A stretch of 64,000 nt of DNA from Eledone cirrhosa (Eukaryota), in the NCBI GenBank assembly GCA_964016885.1, contig OZ024740.1:260400001-260464000 (forward strand), given 5' to 3'. Both the position numbers and the translations under genes were made by a program. The notes under the pieces are model-generated. The model made no database searches. It was not told the origin of the DNA and saw only the letters and a list, made by a program, of their open reading frames with translations. This document shows positions 25,184-38,773 of the stretch, piece after piece (the first letter of the stretch is position 1; every line of letters starts with the position of its first letter).

Positions 25184-28100
25184 TTACAGATACGTACTCA
25201 GAGTAGGCCCATTCACTCGGGCCATTCTTGCTTCTCTCACCCATCTTTCAACAAAATGCTGGGAAGAGAGCACTTCCCTCTCTACCCTGATTTTCCTTTT
25301 CAAATGAAATTTGAAAAAGTTAATCAGGGCATCACCGAAGAGGTAAGTGCTCGTCTTCAGCCCTTTCAAACGTGTCCACCATACTATCTCTTTCGCCATG
25401 GCCACCAGACAGATAAAAACTGCCTGCCCTTCCCGGCTAAAGGAAGAGGGCGGGGAAATCCTCACGATGGACTCAGCTGATAGCTGGATCCGTCCTACAC
25501 GTGACAGCAGGTGTTCGACATAAACTCACAAGTCAGCAATGCTCGGACACTGGACGAGTTCGTGCAGGACGGTTTCGTCGCCCTGCGCGCATCTCGGACA
25601 TGCCCGGCTGACGGCACTTCCATGCCTGTAGAGTTTATCCCGAACTGGCAAGGCTCCTCGGTAGCACTGCCAGGCCAGGGATTTCTGGAAGTTGTCCATA
25701 GGCCCCGGCCCGAAAGTCCTTCTGAAGAGATTGGCTAGTTGATTTTCGTCGACGCCTAGATTTTCTCCAAGTACGTCGTCGCTCTTCCCCTCCACTAATC
25801 CTCTATAGAACGCCAAGGTGGAGTTTCCATCGATCACATTGCCCGATTGGTCGAGGGCTGTGAGCGCCTGAAGACATTCCAGTCTCCAAGCGCTCCCTCT
25901 CGGTCTTCGCTTGACCCAGGACTGCAGCTCCGTCAAGGAGACAAGCTGGGGAAAGACGTGTCTAGCAAACGGCGACCACACCTGATCACCGTCGAGGAAG
26001 AGGTGGAGATGTCGTAGCCTGAGCGCGTGTCTGCGCATCATCAGCCACGGCATGCCCAGCCCTCCACGTAGCGGGTGTTGACAGCAGATGGACCGCCTGA
26101 CCATCGGAGCGCGTCCCTTCCACAAAAAGCGAAAGAGCAAATGCTTCAGCGCAGTCAGGCGAGGCTTAGGACAAGGTACGACGGTCAGGCGGTAGTAGAT
26201 GACGGACGCGATGTACGCGTTAGCCACCTCCGCTCGACCTTTCAGGGATAGCTTCCTCTCGGCCCATTTCTAGGTGAGAGAAGCCACCCACCTCGTCCCA
26301 GTTTTTGTCCGTCTGGAGGTCTGGACCGAACCAGACCCCTAGCAATTTAACCGGTCCGTCCGTCCAGCGCCCGACGACGCTGTTGGACGGCATGGACCTG
26401 CCTCTCCAGGTGCCGAGCTGTAGACCCACTGACTTCTCCTGGTTGATCATTGCTCCTGTCACCGCTTCGTATTCTCTTAGTGTAGTGCCGATCGCCTCGA
26501 TGTGTTTGGCGTTCGACACCACTACGGTGACATCGTCCGCATATGCTGATCCGGATCTTCCGCATCCTAGTTCGCGCGGGACCCCCCTCAACGTCTCCAG
26601 TTTGTGTAGTAATGGCTCGAGAGTCAATGCGTACAATAGGGACGAGAGGGGACATCCTTGGCGGACCGAGCGCATGATGTTGAACGGTTCCGAAAGGTAA
26701 CCGTTCACTCTCACTACAGAGCAGATGTCGCTGTGCATGGCAGCGATCCAGCCTCTGAAGACGGGCCCAACGTCAGCCGCCCTCAGGACTGCCGCTAGGT
26801 AACGATGGTCGACCCAATCGAAGGCTTTCGACTGATCTAAATTGATCAAAGACCCACCCGTGCCAGGTTCCCTAGCTACCCTCTCTACGATGTATCGCAT
26901 GAGGTGGAGGTTGTCGTGGATGGATCTGTCGGGAATGGCGCATGTCTGCGCCTCTCCCACCAGACGACCAACGACAAGCGCCAACCTCTTTGCTAGCACC
27001 TTGGCCAAAATCTTGAACTCCGCGTTTAGCAGAGTTATGGGCCTAAAATTATCTATGTTATCCCCCTTGTTCGGATCCTTTCTCAGCAGCGCCACCGCTC
27101 CTCGGCTCACAGAACTGGGAATTCTCCCGTTCTGTTGCCAGTTGCAGTAGACGTCCGCCAAGAGGCCTCCGAACAAGTCTGGCATTTGTACGTAAAGTTC
27201 ATAGGGCAGACCATCCAAACCAGGCGATTTACCCCTTGTGCAGCCAGTCATTCCCTCCCGTACTTCAGCGGCTGTTATCGGCTTTTCGCAACACTCCACC
27301 TCAGTGGCCGAGAGCCGCGGCAGTCCGTCGAGGTAGACACTAAAGTTCATCCCTCGATCCGGCCCGCCACTTCCCCCGAACAACTGAGCGAAGTGTCACT
27401 GAAAAGCTTCACACATTTGCTCGGGATCGAGTAGCATGCGCCCGTCATAGTCCACCAAAGACCGGATCGTGGCTTTGTTGCCACGACGCGCCTCCGCCAC
27501 TCGGGCCCATTGAACGGCTTTCGTCCCCTCGTGTCTGAGAGCACGCACCCTAGCTCTGACAACGCAGCCTTCGTGCTTTGCATTGAAGAATTGGTCAAGG
27601 GCCAATTTCGCCGCAAGTACGTCGGTCGCGATGCCTTTGCAAAGCGCCTCGTCTAATTTTCTAACTAATTCTCCCTCTGCTCTATTTTTCTCTATTGTTA
27701 AAGCCTTACTAAACCTAATGGACTCTATTCTAATTGCTCTATTCAGAGCAAACCACCACTTGTTGTTGACGATGGCCTCCGTCAACGCCCGCTTAACTAG
27801 TTCGCTAATCCGGTCTCTGTAGGCCTTGCGTGCTGGTAAGGACGCGTTTAGCTTCCAGTAGCCGCGTCCTCGTCTATGAAGCCTATCTAAGTCAAGCACA
27901 CAGATCACGAATTTGTGGTCCGTGTAGCTGACTATCTTGAATTGTAGACAGCCTATGCTAGACCTATCTATTTCCCTACAAAATACTCTATCTAGATATG
28001 ATCTGGATGACCCTATGCGATTTGTCCAAGTCCACATTGGCACATTCGGGAAATCCAATCGGTACCTGTCAGACAGTCCAAAACGCCTGAGCAGGTTGGT

Positions 28101-28330
28101 GAGACTCTTGCACCCTCCTTCCCTATCCACTAATCCCACACAATCCCAGCGTGCATCTAAGATCCCGTTCCAGTCGCCCACTAACACTAAAGAGTGGGAC
28201 GTTCCAAGAAAGGTCTCGAGACGCCGGAAGCAATCAGGCCGCCCTGCTCCTGTCGGGGCATAGACGGCCACTAACCTGAAAGCTTGCTCGTCTCCGCTGG
28301 TCACGTCCAGCACCACCAAGTTACCTTCTG
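25184..28330 (-). pseudogene. Tx1-like ORF2 lacking the APE N-terminus
   Basis: Same APE/RT motifs as copy A; stops at 27396 and 25526, small frameshifting deletion near 26290. Confidence 0.9.
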
Positions 28331-30164
28331 GTGGTGTGCATTTTTTGGTTGTTGTGTAGTCTTTTTCTGTGATGCTGGGGTTGTGTTGGATGTAGTGTAA
28401 TAATTGCTTGTTGTTCAAATTTAATGCTGTGTAGTGTGTATCGTTTTGGTTGTTTTGTTTTGTTTGCGTTTGTTGTGGGTTTGTTTCTGTTTCGCATTTG
28501 GTGACTTTTGTGGTGTAGGTGATGGTGGTGATGGGGTTAATGATGGTGATGGTGTTGGTGTTTGGGGTGATGGGGTTGGTGATGCTGGTGTGGATGGTGG
28601 CATATCTGTCCTAACTTTTTTGTTTGTTAATTTATTTGTTTCCCTCTGTATTTTGTTTTTGGAGGGGGAAGGAAGAGAATTTTTTCTTTTTTGGTTTCTT
28701 TTTCTTTTCCTGATACCGTTTCCCACTCCTCGTCGTCACAATCTGTCTCCAGTTGTGATAGGCCGGGGAGTGGAAAATCCTCCACAGGCGTTAGTTTTGG
28801 TTGTGGCGTGGTGGATGGTGTAGGCGCTGGTGCTAGTTCTGAAGCGTTGGGTGGTGGTGGTGTTGGTTTTGCTGGTGGTGGTGGTGTTGGTTTTGCTACT
28901 GTTGCTGTTATGGTTGCTTCTGTTGTTGCTGCTACAGTTGTTGCTGCCATCTCTGCTACTGGTGGTGTTGATGGTTGAGTCACTGGGGTGGGTAGGAGAG
29001 GTGGCCTCAACCTTTTAGCCTGAGGGCAGAAAGCCCTTAGGTGGGTTCCTTCACCACAAACGACACACCTAGCCCTTCTGCCCTCGACAATTACGGTGAG
29101 GTGGCTGCCGCCAGTGAGGTCTATTACCTCTGGGATCTCCTCAATGCTTTTCTGGTCCGCTTGGATCAGGAGCTCCATCCCAGATCCGGACCAGTTCTCC
29201 TGCTTTTCTTTTGCTATTGCTATTATCTTTGTGTTGGCTTCGATGCCGGCGAGGACGGCCGCTATTAGCCAGGAAATTTCGATGGCCGGTGGAACGTGGG
29301 TCACCCTGATCTTTACGAGTCTCTGGCCACAATAGCTTGGGACGAGTGTGAAGTCGTCACTTCTTAATGGGGCCATGGAGTGTTCTCTAGCCTCCTCTGG
29401 TGTTTCAAAGAACACGTCCACGATTCCATACTTCTGTCCACGTCTGATGTGGGTTTTTCTTGCCCACACATGTCCCAAAACCTTTTGGATTTGGGACTCG
29501 GATGCCCGTTCCACTCGGCGCGATTTTACATTAATTGTTCAATACGACACGGTGCATAGGCGCCGATGCTCTATTTTATTAGGTGGGTAGGGGGGCTGTC
29601 CCTGTACCCATCTTTCTTTACCATTTTTTTGGCATTTTCTAATTCCTCCTAAGTAAATGCTTCGCACTGTTTTGCTACTCTGGCAAAACTCAGGGTGGTT
29701 TTTTTAATGTCATCGTTGCTGTTGTTGTTATCGTTATTTTTGTTATTATTAATTTTAGTTTCAGTTGTGGTGGTGGTGACGTCAGTGGTGTTCGGTCTGG
29801 ATGAGTCCATTTTGGTTGAAAACATTTCGACATCACGAACTGATTTATTTTTTCCTTTTGTTTCTGTTGTCGCGGTGGTGGTGGGGGTGGGGGTTGTCGC
29901 GGTGGTGGTGGTGGTGGCAGCTTTAACACCTGCAGTCATTGGTAATGGCGGGAAATGAATGTCTGCCTGAGACAAATTTAAAATATTGCTACTGCTTATA
30001 TTTTTTTTAGTGTTGGCAAACGTAGTAACATTTACAATGGTGGTGTCGGTATGAGGTGTTAATTTGTGAGGAAGGCTCTCAGCTGCTTGGTGCAGAGGTG
30101 AATTAGCCATTTTTTTTTCAAAGAAATTTTTTGATAATCGTAAAAGTTTAAATTTTGGGCACAA
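28331..30164 (-). pseudogene. Tx1-like ORF1 of a second subfamily, broken
   Basis: LVPSYCGQ and CVVCGEGTHLRAFC homologous to copy A ORF1 but clearly divergent; split into ORFs 29649-30164, 28627-29514 and 28421-28726. Confidence 0.8.
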
Positions 30165-30341
30165 GGCCCCAATATTTTTGGGTGTCCTTTTCGGAAAACA
30201 ATCTATGTGCGCTTATATATAGTTAACAATAAAAATTTTCCATAAATGGCAATTTTTAACAAACGGAAATAACAAACCTTTGCGGAGCTCACGATGATAC
30301 GATTTACTACGTAGGTCGCCAATAATAATAATAATAATAAT

Positions 30342-30930
<589 letters not shown>

Positions 30931-31429
30931 GTGTGGGTCGCTGTAAATAAATTCTTACGTTAATAACAGTACTCACATAATAATCATGGCAATCATAGCT
31001 TCCACCCTAAGGCACAAGGCTAGCAATAATCTCAGTGTAGAATAATAGTTAACTACAATAGTTGGCAGTTGTAACTACATTGGTATTAGTACTATCAACG
31101 GTGGCAACCATGTCCGACAAAAAGGGCTGCTAGACTGTGGAAGTGAGCTGTAGGAAGCGAATATAGGGACAGAAAAACATAGATATAAATTCAGGTACAC
31201 ACATGGAGAACATAGGAACAAACGGAACAAAGATTATACATAAATACAAAAGTAGGTAGGTATACATACAGAGAACAAAGAACAAGGAACAAAGGGATAT
31301 ACAACACGGACTCTCATAAGATTCCATGCGTGCATACAAGCTAACTAGGGTTCGCCTGACGCTGGGGTCGTTATGTGTCCATGTGCGGCTCCCATGGTCA
31401 AGCTTTACACTGGCCCTCAACCAGTAAAA

Positions 31430-32185
31430 CTATGCTGTTAATTCGTACAGTCTGAGGAGGGTTCCAGTTAATCTCTGGGGGCAAGTGCTGAACAGGTTAC
31501 TCCTTTTATTGCTAACCTGTGTTCCCCTCTCGATTATCTCCATAATCTTGGTGACACATAGATTGCATGAGTCATGCCCTCCTCCCCTGTAGGGTTGGGC
31601 TGAAGTGACCTTGAACCATGACAAGGTGTATCCCATGTTGTCATGCTTGAGTCACCACAACAGTTCGGAGAGGGCGGTGTTTTTTTTCTTATCCACTCTC
31701 CTAAAGGTGTGGCAGTGGTTGTACCAGTGTTCCTTAAAATTATTAGCCGTAGCTCCGATATAGGTGAAGGTTTGGCTACTCACCCTACATTCATAGACTA
31801 AGCTACTGCTAAGGCATTTGCCTTCCAGGGAGCAGTTACTAGGGTTTCTACAATTACAGCTCGGAGAAGTATTGCTGCCTGGATTACCGGATCGTGCTGC
31901 ATGATTCCGTGGTCGTTCCCGGTTCATAATGTTACCATTGGAGGAAGATGCATTTCTGTCGCGCGCCTCATCCTGGTTGCTGACTCCCCCGGAGTCACGG
32001 ACGTTTTTTAATTTACCCCGGTAAATATTTTGTGCCAGGTTTCTAATTGTGGAGTAGGACAATTTAATTGCGTGCCTGTTGAAAATGGCGTTGTACCTGT
32101 GCTGTTTGGGGAAGTGCTTATCCAAGGCCCGGAAGAAAGAGGTCGCGAGGTTGCTGCGTAAACCGGAGCGACCGAGAACGACCAC
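31430..32185 (-). pseudogene. Penelope-like element C-terminal region with GIY-YIG endonuclease
   Basis: LDKHFP..HRYNAIFNRHAIKLSYS, CNCRNPSNCSLEGKC, LVYEC..TYIGAT..FKEHWYNH, TALSELLW, CNLCVT. Confidence 0.88.
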
Positions 32186-32850
32186 TTAGCCCCCTCGAGT
32201 TCAGACCTAAGTAGAGCCAGTAAATCCATATTAGATAGGATCATACCAAAGTTAAAACGTAAACTTAAGATTAACTTATGGTCATGCATTGTGGACGTTA
32301 TTAACTGGTTTAACGGTCTGACGAGTAAGAATGAGATGAGTTTCGTCCAGTTAGACATGTTTGACATCTTACCGTAAGGAATTCCAGCCTAACCAGGAGA
32401 GAAGTAGACATCTTTACGATGGCTAGAAAAACGCTAATTGCATTTGACAGTAAACTCTGGGAGCGTAAAGACAGGCCGGATAGTTTTGACGTTACGAAGG
32501 AGTCTAGTGACTCGGCACAAAAAACTGACATCATAGAAATCTTCATGATCCACAATGTATGACTGGGATTCCCAGGGTGAGGGGCAGACTGTATAGAGAC
32601 GACGCCCTCTTCACCTTCCGTAGCACTAATGGTGGGAAACTTGAAAGACTTAGGAAGAAGCTTAGACGCTTCTTTAGTAACTACAGACTCTACATCACAC
32701 TGGGTTTGGACACGGGACTCCATCGGCCTTACCACAAGCCCAATGAGAGTCTCCGCTATGTTCACAGCAACTAAAACCACCCTAAATCGGTTGTAAGGTC
32801 CATTACTAGGAATATATCCGACAGGATATCAGCTCTGTCAGCTTCTATCA
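32180..32850 (+). pseudogene. Penelope-like RT fragment, inverted relative to the adjacent GIY-YIG part
   Basis: Hand translation SDLSRASKSILDRI...INLW..VINWF...FVQLD, FDVT, LYRDD, RPYHKPN..YVH..NHP..ISDRISALS. Confidence 0.85.
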
Positions 32851-33167
32851 CTATGTACCCAGTATTCACCCTCAAACATTATAACTGATCTTCTTGCTGC
32901 TTTCACTATATTAACTTCTTCCCTAGCTAGATCCGAGTTTTTCATAGCGAAAGCGAGAGCTTTCTTAAGGAGAATAGGTGTTATAGATGAGTAGTAGTCA
33001 ATGATATCGAATTATAGGAATTTAGATACATACTTATCTTTTAAGTTAGTAAACTTCACCTTAGTAGACTTCACCTGTTTCTCTATAGCTTAATTGCTAG
33101 CCTGTCTTTTATTTACACTATTACCCTATCTTTATATTCGCTTTTGTGACCTATGTCTGTTATATAT

Positions 33168-33257
<90 letters not shown>

Positions 33258-33261
<4 letters not shown>

Positions 33262-33450
33262 GTAGAACACTGGAAGGTAATATCCGTAATGGTAGAGCAC
33301 TCAGTCCATGGGACGAGTTAGGTAGAAGTGGTTACACAACAGTTAGTTCACCATACCGAGAACAATTGTTTCACCTCATTACGAGCTGAGGATCCGCTAA
33401 GGTGAAACAATTGTTCTCGGTATGGTGAACTAACTGTTGTGTAACCACTT
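33258..33450. mobile_element. PLE-like fold-back mini-element (family copies at 40116-40390 and 44064-44226)
   Basis: Shared GAACACTGGAAGGTAATATC...TTCACCATACCGAGAACAATTGTTTCACC; each copy starts at a (TA)n tract. Confidence 0.7.
33382..33419 (+). ncRNA. Minimal type I hammerhead motif
   Basis: cgag-CTGAGGA-tcc gctaa ggt-GAAAC aatt GTT-ctcg; palindromic stem III ACAATTGT. Confidence 0.65.
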
Positions 33451-35091
33451 ATATATAAATATATATTTATATATAAACAAACATTAATCAATGCTTAATC
33501 TTGTGTTTTGCATATAATTATTCCTGGGTGACATATTGTATGCTCTAATCGTTAACTAGGATAAGTCTATCTAGGCAACTATTGATTTCTATTTAACATG
33601 TGTGTACATATATGTAAATAAGCAAATATGACTGTCAAACACATAAAACTGTAGATACATCTAGAACAAACACATAGTAATCATGAATGTCCCTATATGT
33701 AAATAATATACTTCAAAAACAAAGCCGACACTAAAAAAAATCACCCAGGGAATAAGACCATCAAATGCCAACTTGTGACTAATGCACTCATTAAAACAAA
33801 GCTAATAAAAAAATGAATGTCTATACTAGATCGAAGACATCATCCATAATTTCGACCTCAGACATTATCCATATTTTCGGGAATGAGATCGAATTCTATT
33901 TTTCTAGTTAGTTTACTTTCTCCGTCCTTTCTCCGTTCTTTGTTACAATTCTCCAAATGTTCTGCTCCATCGATCCCATTCCCGATTTTCTCCTCTCCTC
34001 TCCACTTCTCTTTCTCTCTATATACTCCTCTCATTTCTCATCTCATGCTTTAGATTCTCTTTCTTCCTTTCTCTCCCGCTCTCCGTTCAATATGGGGTTA
34101 TATCTTAACCCGACTTTTTAGTATGCATATAGTATTCAGTTGTTTACAGCTACAAGTCGCACTGAGAATCCTACAATTTTATGAAAAAAGATTATATATA
34201 TATACATATATATATCCGATCTCCCACAATGCCCTTACCAGGACAAAAGCAACAAGTCCACCCCATAAGGAGGTCGTGCTGGTGACATATCAAAAAGTAC
34301 CCAGACCACGCTGTTAATTATTCATATATATCAATGTATGAGTTAAAGATGTTTCACTTTAAAATGTTTTTATTACATATTGAACATCACATGTGTTTCA
34401 TAGGTGATTGACTTAAGGTCTTTATTGCTGTGAAACATATGTAACGGTCGATATACAATAATAACATTTTACAGGGAAACTTCATTGTCTCATACTTAAT
34501 ATCATCCTCATCATCATCGTTGCGACCACAGTTGAACATTCCCGACAAAGTCTCTCCTGAATTTCCATTACTCCAGGCAACTGCTCCCCACACACGTTTG
34601 TATCATCTGAGAGTTGATCAATGAAGGTTTGAGCAGGTCTTCCTCTGAGTCTCCTGTGAGTTAGTTCTCACAATAGTAACTTTTGTATAACTTCCTGCTT
34701 ACTTCTCCAGTAATGTCCTGCAAATATTACAAGCATATGTGACCCGGATACCGCGAGAAGTACAAACATCCTTGAGAATCCTCTTCTTCTAGCAATAGAA
34801 TCGAGTTTCCGTTTATGTTAGTACCATCTCCAACAATTTACAAAATTACTGAATAACACGCATACATGTATTGTTATAAAAATGGAAATGTACTTGGAAA
34901 CAAGAAATGTGTGTATCCACTTTGTTTAGAATAGATACATTGTATCCCTGGATGTCGTATGAGGCAACTAAAAGGTGGGCATCAGGAAGGGCATCTGTAA
35001 AACTGTCTCAAAAACACACTAATACACACTTTTCCAGGCCAGCATGGAAAAGTGATGATGATGATGATACACACACACATACACACACACA

Positions 35092-35171
<80 letters not shown>

Positions 35172-35318
35172 TATATATATATATATATTGTTTATTGTTC
35201 AAGTAAAGTAAAGTTGGTTGATAAAATAATCTACCAACTTGAATCATAAACAGACGTAAAGCACTCCATGGGCTTGTGTTATCAATAAGGTATCAAACGG
35301 AGTGTCAATATTATAAAG

Positions 35319-35497
35319 ATTGGCAGTATCGGTAGAGGGTCGGACGCCATGCTTTCCAGCATAGTTACGTCCCTTTACGATCTGAGTTCAAATCCCGCCG
35401 AGGTTGACTTTGCCTTTCATCCTTACGGGGTCGATAAAATAAAGTACCAGTAATGCACTGGGTAATTGCTGGCCTTGTGCCTAAAGTAGAAACAAAT
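35319..35497 (+). mobile_element. tRNA-derived SINE family 1
   Basis: A box TGGCAGTATCGG, B box GAGTTCAAATCC, central GCCTTTCATCCTTACGGGGTCGATAAAA, tail GTAGAAACAA. Confidence 0.9.
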
Positions 35498-35499
35498 AT

Positions 35500-35896
35500 T
35501 ATAAAGAAGAGAGACGGTTTTAGATGTACATCCTCTATTATATAATTCTCTTGTAGGTATTTCGAAGACGTTAAAGTGATTGCATAATAACCCCTTTGAC
35601 GTGTTCTCATCAGACTGGTGGAATGTTGTAATGTTTTGTGTTTGTTTTTGATATGTTACTGTAGTTAGGAGTGTGTTGGTAGTAGCCATGTACATCATAT
35701 GACTACTGTAGTAGACTACTACCAACACACTCGTAACTACAATAGCACGTCATAAACAAAAATATTACAAATATGCACCTTTCTGATGAGAACACATCAA
35801 AGGGTTATTATGCAATCACTTTAACGTCTTCGAAATATGTATAACAGGATTATACAATAAATAGAGGATGTACATTTAAAACCGTCTCTCTTCTTT

Positions 35897-35900
<4 letters not shown>
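35500..35900. repeat. Inverted repeat with a long-stem-II hammerhead motif in each arm (35549-35618 on -, 35778-35848 on +)
   Basis: AAAGAAGAGAGACGGTTT.../...AAACCGTCTCTCTTCTTT; CTGATGA-gaacac...cgtcttc-GAAA tatgta TA; partly decayed. Confidence 0.7.
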
Positions 35901-35964
<64 letters not shown>

Positions 35965-36177
35965 ATATATATATAATTAGTATATCTACCAAGATATGTA
36001 TACAGATGTATACCTATGCTAGCAAATATATATGTTATGTCTTAGTACCTTTGTGGTTCTATGCAAGGGGATGCAGAACAATTATATGAAAGACGTAAAA
36101 TAAGAAAATTTTAAAATTAACTTACTTACTAAAATGTTCACTCCAACTAATTAGTTTCTGTAAGGGAATAAATATAG

Positions 36178-36259
36178 ACTCCCTGATGACGTAAGGATTT
36201 CTCTATAGTTGCGTTGCGTAACTATATTTATTCCCTTACAGAAACTAATTAGTTGGAGT
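36178..36259 (+). ncRNA. Type I hammerhead motif inside fold-back 36085-36314
   Basis: actcc-CTGATGA-c GTAAGG...CCTTAC a-GAAAC taatta GTT-ggagt; palindromic stem III ACTAATTAGT. Confidence 0.75.
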
Positions 36260-36950
36260 GAAAATTTTAGTAAGTAAGTTAATTTTAAAATTTTCTTATT
36301 TTACGTCTTTCATATATATATATATATATAAGTTAAAACAATGAAATAAAAACTCAAGTCATTAGAAATATACTTCACTGCTTTACGATCGTCTCTAGGT
36401 GATAATAACACATCGTACGCATATTTCGTTATCGATCTATGTAGGGTTAGTTACAAAATATCAAATAAGGAATATATTTACCTACATGTATATCATCAGC
36501 CGTTGTCAAAAGCAATGGAAATTTTATTCAAAATCAATAGTAAATTGAGTTCTATGACCTTATTTGGAGGTAGCTGAAGAACAAACCAATCAAATGTTTT
36601 TTTTGCCATATGATGTTAAGATGAAATATAACTCACTTTAGTTGAGGTCATGACCCTTTGAAAGGAATGGTTGAATGGTGTTAAAAATAGAATTACTATA
36701 AAGAAACTATGAAGAAAAAGGAATTGTTATATTGATAGTGGAATGTAGATGGTGGAGTGAAGTTTTAAAAAGAAATGTAAAAATTATATGTTGAGTTGTG
36801 TTGTATGGAATTTTTAGGTGAATATAAATAAGTAAATATAAAATATACAGAATAACTAGGATAAATATAGATAGGTGAAGTAATGGTCATAACTAGGAAG
36901 GATAGTATATTAGAAGATGAAAATTATAATAAAATATAATAATATAATAT

Positions 36951-37546
36951 AATTGTTTCTACTTTTTGGCACAAGGCCAGCAATCACCCAGTGCATTACT
37001 GGTATTTTATTTTATCGACCCCGTAAGGATGAAAGGCAAAGTTAAACTCGGCGGGATTTGAACTCAGAATGGCAAGGGCCGTAACTCTATGCGTCAAAGC
37101 AGGGCGTCCGACCCTCTACCGATACTGCCAATCCACCGATATAATAATATAATATAATTGTTTCTACTTTAGGCACAAGGCCAGCAATTACCCAGTGCAT
37201 TACTGGTACTTTATTTTATCGACCCCGTAAGGATGAAAGGCAAAGTCAACCTTGGCGGGATTTGAACTCAGATCGTAAAGGGACGTAACTATGCTGGAAA
37301 GCATGGCGTCCGACCCTCTACTGATACTGCCAATCCACCGCACTTTTATAATATAATATAATTGTTTCTACTTTAGGCACAAGGCCAGCAATTACCCAGT
37401 GCATTACTGGTACTTTATTTTATCGACCCCGTAAGGATGAAAGGCAAAGTCAACCTCGGCGGGATTTGAACTCAGATCGTAAAGGGACGTAACTATGCTG
37501 GAAAGCATGGCGTCCGACCCTCTACCGATACTGCCAATCCACCACC
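36951..37546 (-). mobile_element. Three tandem SINE family 1 copies separated by (TATAA)n
   Basis: Copies at ~36951-37138, 37157-37340 and 37361-37546. Confidence 0.92.
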
Positions 37547-38228
37547 CTTTTATAATATAATATAATGTAATATAATATAATATAATATAATGTAATATAA
37601 TATAATACAATATGGTACATTGTATATAGTATAATATAGCGTATGATGCATTATAAAATAGTAAATATTTTCAAGTGGGTCTATGTATAAGTAATCAAAC
37701 TCAGATAAATGCATGTTAAAACGCATAATTTTCTTAGATCACAAAAGTATATATATTCACATATATAGATAGAGGTATAATTACATTGATACTCCATTAA
37801 AAACATACATATGCATACATAGACATAAACATATACAAATACATACATACACGCACACAAACACACACATATATATATATATATATATACATATATATAT
37901 ACATATATATACACACTTATACATACTTATATATATGTACAAACACTACATGTACATACACATATACACACACATACACATATACACATATATATATATA
38001 CATATATATATATTCTCCTATCATAAATATACATAGATACATGTATACCCATGCAATTACGGGTGGTTATGTACCTTGATGCCCTTAACGTATGCCCTTA
38101 ACGCATGAATCTATGGAAGCTAAAAAATTAAAAGGTTAAAAATTAAAAAAAATAAACAGGAAGGCGTATAATTAGGGGAAGGGGATACTAACAAATGGTA
38201 CGTCAGATAGAACTTTCTATATGACGTA

Positions 38229-38263
<35 letters not shown>

Positions 38264-38267
<4 letters not shown>

Positions 38268-38346
38268 AACCGGTAAGACCCCGACGGCTGAGCTCAAGCC
38301 GTTTCGACGGCTTGAGCTCAGCCGTCGGGGTCTTACCGGTTCCTAT
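38264..38346. repeat. GC-rich palindrome (~38-bp arms), truncated hammerhead stem III region
   Basis: ATAGGAACCGGTAAGACCCCGACGGCTGAGCTCAAGCCGT-ttcg-ACGGCTTGAGCTCAGCCGTCGGGGTCTTACCGGTTCCTAT. Confidence 0.9.
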
Positions 38347-38436
38347 TATCCACTCTACTACCCCAAGTATTGAGTACTTTGGTGCGTTATGGTCCACCTG
38401 GTTCCTTACCACATTTCCTTCGTTATATATATATAT

Positions 38437-38710
38437 AGAATGAACAATTCTGTGCAGTGGTAAACCACCAAATTTTAACGTGAATATATATATATATATA
38501 TATATATATTGTTATACTTGGGGAGGGTCATATTTGCGTAATATTGCCAGAATTAATAACAGAACACACTCACTGTTTGGTTGGTTTTCGCTTTTCGATA
38601 TTACAAGCTATCAGAGGAAATATACATACCTTCACATATATATGCTGTCTTCAGAAATGATTGTAAAATGTCTAATAAATTTTATTCGTCGCAACACTGA
38701 TTCTCCGTTT

Positions 38711-38773
<63 letters not shown>

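Larger units (their letters stand above)
24933..30320 (-). mobile_element. Tx1-like retrotransposon copy B (chimeric, more degraded)
   Basis: ORF2 pieces (25184-28330) nearly identical to copy A; different ORF1 and 5' UTR; (AAT)n at both ends (24894-24932, 30321-30341). Confidence 0.9.

Noticed and set aside
13943-29590. Many antisense or overlapping ORFs (e.g. 22093-22863, 17765-18406, 15009-15422)
   Set aside because: Shadow frames of retrotransposon ORFs with no independent motifs.
13331-30320. Single segmental duplication of an R4+Tx1 block
   Set aside because: The R4 parts are almost identical whereas the Tx1 3' UTRs differ noticeably and the ORF1s differ strongly; independent insertions fit better.
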